In this document: piece by piece, positions 63,201 through 64,000 of the stretch
How positions within the stretch are numbered: position 1 is the stretch's first letter
How the letters are laid out: each line of letters begins with the position of its first letter
Source of the DNA: Epiperipatus broadwayi
Taxonomy: Eukaryota > Animalia > Onychophora
Assembly: GCA_028023455.1 (NCBI GenBank)
Contig: JAQFVV010000002.1
Coordinates: 14,198,001-14,262,000 of the forward strand
Reading direction: 5' to 3'
DNA length: 64,000 bases
The notes under the pieces: model-generated
Databases searched by the model: none
What the model saw: the letters and a program-made list of their open reading frames with translations, nothing else
What the model was told of the DNA's origin: nothing
Position numbers and translations under genes: made by a program

Positions 63201-63700
63201 CTGACATCTTTATCTCTCATTCTGTCTACCTTGATTTAAAGTCCAGGTGTAATTTAGCTATTAATCTTGTGTTTTTAACAGCAGACATAAGCTAAATGTC
63301 AATATCCACTACATGTAAATCTGCAAAAAATTTTAATGTGGCCTTTTAGATCATGACAATAATAAGTGAGATTCTTTGCAGCTTTTGAAATCATGTTAAC
63401 AGCTTGTGCTTTTTTTTATACGAATCTAATTATTCTCCATATCAGTTGAAGCTTCAAATTCTGAAACATTGTTTAACATAGTCTCTTGTGCATTACACTT
63501 CACTGTTGCTATTTTATACATCAGATCAATTTCACTTAGTAAAATTTTTCTGAAGTTATATTCTGATATTCTAGACAACAGTTGTCCAACAACTTCTAAC
63601 TCAGTGGAAAAGCTCCTTTATTATCAGGTGTTGATTATGCTAAATTATAGACATGTCACCTGTTTTGACTCTACTACCTGGAAATAAATATTCAGAATTT
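60290..63700 (-). mobile_element. Second Ty3/Gypsy element, gag-pol remnant without recognisable LTRs
   Basis: Minus-strand RT remnants (SDFGDSDNEGG; ...ITAQTDHELERHVMEVF), RNase H and integrase fragments, and Cys/His knuckle remnants near 63300-63400; heavily frameshifted. Confidence 0.8.
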
Positions 63701-63715
63701 TAATGAAGTCTTTAT

Positions 63716-63933
63716 ATGGAATCTCCTTTGGACTTTTAAGATTACATAGTTCTTTACCTATCTGTAAAATGTTTATTGTCAGCAAAAACATAACAGCCAT
63801 TGTAATCTTGTTGTATTATTTATGGAATCTCCTTTGGACTTTTAAGATTACATAGTTGTTTACCTATCTATAAAATGTTTATTGTCAGCAAAAACATAAC
63901 ATAGCCATTGTAATCTTGTTGTACTTTATTTAT
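63716..63933. repeat. Tandem duplication, ~106-bp unit x2
   Basis: ATGGAATCTCCTTTGGACTTTTAAG... at 63716 and 63822. Confidence 0.9.
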
Positions 63934-64000
63934 GAACAAGTAACACTTGATGTGTATATTGCCACATTAGTTACTTCAAGACTCAGCAATGTTATCATTA

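Overview
AT-rich eukaryotic (invertebrate animal) genomic DNA, not prokaryotic. The only host gene I can support is a + strand mask/ANKHD1/ANKRD17 orthologue. Two exons are visible: 47013-47571 (basic, low-complexity linker) and 56784-58693 (KH domain plus a long Ser/Pro/Asn-rich tail with a PAM2-like motif). They join in frame across a 9.2-kb GT-AG intron. I found no ankyrin-repeat exon, so 1-47012 is probably one very large intron. The rest is decayed, often nested transposons: a hAT/Charlie element and three hAT MITEs with 8-bp TSDs, a Merlin (IS1595-like) element, piggyBac-type MITEs at TTAA, three Tigger/pogo derivatives, RTE-type LINE fragments, two antisense Gypsy elements and two tRNA-Gly retroposons with TSDs. 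The most striking pattern is a set of Penelope-type foldback (palindromic) insertions. Three share the same layout of 11-13 bp TSD, long hairpin and 35-45 nt one-sided tail, and most carry hammerhead-ribozyme-like motifs. Top leads are (i) a near-canonical minimal type I hammerhead at 44041-44098 inside a ~366-bp TSD-flanked unit, sense to the host pre-mRNA, and (ii) a foldback at 48656-49423 whose arms fuse a tRNA-Phe-like Pol III head to a hammerhead-like tail. All calls were made by eye; coordinates of decayed elements are approximate.
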